Of a DNA stretch of 64,000 bases, positions 62,024 through 64,000 are shown piece after piece. The stretch spans positions 352,001 to 416,000 of the forward strand of contig JBHYGA010000004.1 in assembly GCA_051859245.1 (NCBI GenBank), written 5' to 3'. Origin of the DNA: Gemmatimonadaceae bacterium (GTDB taxonomy: Bacteria > Gemmatimonadota > Gemmatimonadetes > Gemmatimonadales > Gemmatimonadaceae). Numbering within the stretch: position 1 is the stretch's first letter; every line of letters starts with the position of its first letter. The position numbers and the translations under genes were made by a program. The notes under the pieces are model-generated. The model was not told where the DNA came from, made no database searches, and worked only from the letters and a program-made list of their open reading frames with translations.

Positions 62024-63451
62024 ATGGCGACGCTGCATACTTCCGATCCTGCCACCACCGATCACGTTCGCCACCGTCGCGCGTATGAGACGGTGCTCGA
62101 CACCATTGGGTGGACGCCCCTGATTCGCCTTTCGCGCGTTACGCGCGGTATGCGCACGCCGGTGTTCGGCAAAGCGGATTTTTTCAATCCCGGTGGTTCG
62201 GTTAAGGACCGCATTGGCTTGCCCATGATCGAGTCGTTGGAAGCGTCAGGTCATCTCAAGCCGGGCGGAACGATCGTTGAGGCCACGAGCGGCAACACAG
62301 GCGTTGGTCTGGCGTTGGCGGCCGCCGTGAAAGGGTACAAGTGCGTGTTCACAATGCCCGACAAAATGTCGCAGGAAAAAGTGCGACTCATGAAAGCGTT
62401 CGGTGCCGAAGTGATCATTACGCCCACCGCGGTGCCACCGGACCACCCGCAGAACTATGTGCAGTGGGCCAAGCGCATTGTGCGCGAAACACCAGGCGCC
62501 GTGCTTGCTGGTCAGTTTGAAAATCCGGCCAATCCGGCGGCGCACGTGGCGACCACGGGACCGGAGTTGTGGGAGCAGACGGAAGGTCGCATCACGCACT
62601 TTGTGGCCTCCGCCGGAACGGGCGGCACCGTGAGCGGCGTGGGGCGGTTTCTGAAAAAGCAGAATCCGAACATCAAGATCATCGCGGCGGATCCAGCGGG
62701 TTCTGTGCTCGCCGAACTATGGCGCACGCACGGCGAAGGACACCCCACCGGCGCGCCGTACAAGGTGGAAGGCGTGGGTCAGGACTGCGTGCCGCAGACG
62801 CTCGACATGAGTGTGGTTGACGAGTTCATCACGGTTGGCGACAAAGATGCGTTCGCGATGGCGCGTCGTCTCACACGCGAAGAAGGACTGTTTGTTGGTG
62901 GCTCCGCCGGACTCATCGCGCACGCGGCACTCACGGTAGCGCGTCGCCTCGATGATCCGAACGCGTATGTGGTCACGTTCCTGTGCGATACCGGCGAGCG
63001 TTACCTGAGCAAGCTGTACAACGACGAATGGATGCGCGAAAACCAGATGCTTGATGCACCGAGCACCGCACTTGAAGCGGTACTCGGCAACAAGAGTGGA
63101 TCGGCGCCGATCGTAGTGAGTGTTGCGCCAGGCATGAGTGTGCGACAGGCGCTTGGGCTGATGTCATTGCATGACGTTTCGCAGTTGCCCGTCATGGAAG
63201 GCAGCGTGTGCGTGGGCAGCGTGGCGGAAAGTCAGCTCACCACGCGTTCGCTCGGCAACGCCAAGGTGCTTGATCAGACGGTGGGCGATGTGATGGACGG
63301 ACCATTCCCGGTGGTTGATGGCGATCAGCCAGTGGAGCAGGTGGCGAAGCTGTTGTCCAAGGCGAACCGCGCGGTGCTCGTGAAGAAGGGTGGCGTAGTG
63401 CAAGGCATTGTGACGCGGTTTGATGTGCTTGAGTTTCTGATGGGGAAGTAA
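62024..63451 (+). CDS. Cystathionine beta-synthase (PLP enzyme with CBS domains)
   Basis: NPGGSVKDRI, EATSGNTG, GTGGT, VEGVG, DTGERYLSK; C-terminal CBS pair. Confidence 0.92.
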   Translation: MATLHTSDPATTDHVRHRRAYETVLDTIGWTPLIRLSRVTRGMRTPVFGKADFFNPGGSVKDRIGLPMIESLEASGHLKPGGTIVEATSGNTGVGLALAAAVKGYKCVFTMPDKMSQEKVRLMKAFGAEVIITPTAVPPDHPQNYVQWAKRIVRETPGAVLAGQFENPANPAAHVATTGPELWEQTEGRITHFVASAGTGGTVSGVGRFLKKQNPNIKIIAADPAGSVLAELWRTHGEGHPTGAPYKVEGVGQDCVPQTLDMSVVDEFITVGDKDAFAMARRLTREEGLFVGGSAGLIAHAALTVARRLDDPNAYVVTFLCDTGERYLSKLYNDEWMRENQMLDAPSTALEAVLGNKSGSAPIVVSVAPGMSVRQALGLMSLHDVSQLPVMEGSVCVGSVAESQLTTRSLGNAKVLDQTVGDVMDGPFPVVDGDQPVEQVAKLLSKANRAVLVKKGGVVQGIVTRFDVLEFLMGK

Positions 63452-63676
63452 GTGACACGCGCATCTGCTCTCACCAGCGCAACCGAAGCGGCTTCGTGTG
63501 AGACTGAGAGCGAGATACTCTCGCGCGTTGCGACGCAGAACCTCGCGGTTGCTGCGTCGCTCCGTGCGACGGCGTGGGCGTTAACGGAGTCAGGATTGCG
63601 CACGTTCCGCCCAGAGCTTTCGGAGTCGCAGGTTCAGGACGAGGTGCGTGCTCAGTTTCGCCGAGCTTCAGGCTGA
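63452..63676 (+). CDS. Small hypothetical protein (antitoxin-like partner of a nucleotidyltransferase)
   Basis: Helical protein with GLR..RPELSE..V...V pattern directly upstream of the NTase remnant. Confidence 0.5.
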   Translation: MTRASALTSATEAASCETESEILSRVATQNLAVAASLRATAWALTESGLRTFRPELSESQVQDEVRAQFRRASG

Positions 63677-63688
63677 ACGAGACACTGC

Positions 63689-64000
63689 GTGGATGACCTG
63701 CTCGGTCGTTTTGCCGCGCCATTGATCGCGCTGGGCCTCCCGTACATGATCACGGGAGGAGCGGCTGCGTTCGATGCTGCCGACACCTATGTCCCGCCTG
63801 TTGAGGTGTTGGAGGTCGAGGCCGGGCGGCGACTCCACGGTCATTTCAATGTGATTCACGCACCCACGTCGCTCCGTGCGGATGTGTACATCGCGGGTGA
63901 GGATCCGTTGTCACGTGCGTGATATCAAGCGCATGCTTGCACGCGCGGTGGTCGCGATTGACCGACATGTGGTTGAGGCGTTCGCGGCTGAGCGTGGCCT
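63689..64000 (+). pseudogene. Degraded nucleotidyltransferase-like gene
   Basis: LPYMITGG.AA start without the expected R.T.D.D segment; FNVIH....RADVY; stop at 63922; C-end-like RDIKRML...ID...GL continues in another frame. Confidence 0.5.

Overview
GC-rich bacterial chromosomal segment. Gene content (Ig-like metalloprotease lipoproteins, 6-bladed beta-propeller proteins, LPOR) is most consistent with a Gemmatimonadota genome, possibly phototrophic; this is inference, not a database result. Housekeeping blocks (upp, ClC, FKBP, MBL/beta-CASP, M16 pair; ECF/anti-sigma, holA, SPOR, mutS, mug, cystathionine beta-synthase) flank accessory DNA. Highlights: (1) a 13.6-kb convergent beta-glucan (laminarin-type) utilisation locus with no SusC/SusD genes in the window. 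It encodes a clan GH-A glycosidase fused to a probable outer-membrane beta-barrel, a triple-repeat surface lipoprotein, GH16, two GH3, a GPH/MFS transporter and a ROK repressor, with a matching operator at both outer promoters. (2) A light-dependent protochlorophyllide oxidoreductase (LPOR) appended to an M16 protease operon. (3) A secreted protein with a C-terminal JAB/MPN-like motif followed by a small secreted partner (candidate toxin-immunity pair). (4) A SET methyltransferase with a histone-H1-like tail. (5) ECF42-type promoters, two perfect 20-bp operator palindromes, and a 17-bp tandem repeat abutting a 41-bp inverted-repeat element. No rRNA, tRNA, CRISPR array or transposase was recognised. 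Start codons were chosen by eye.
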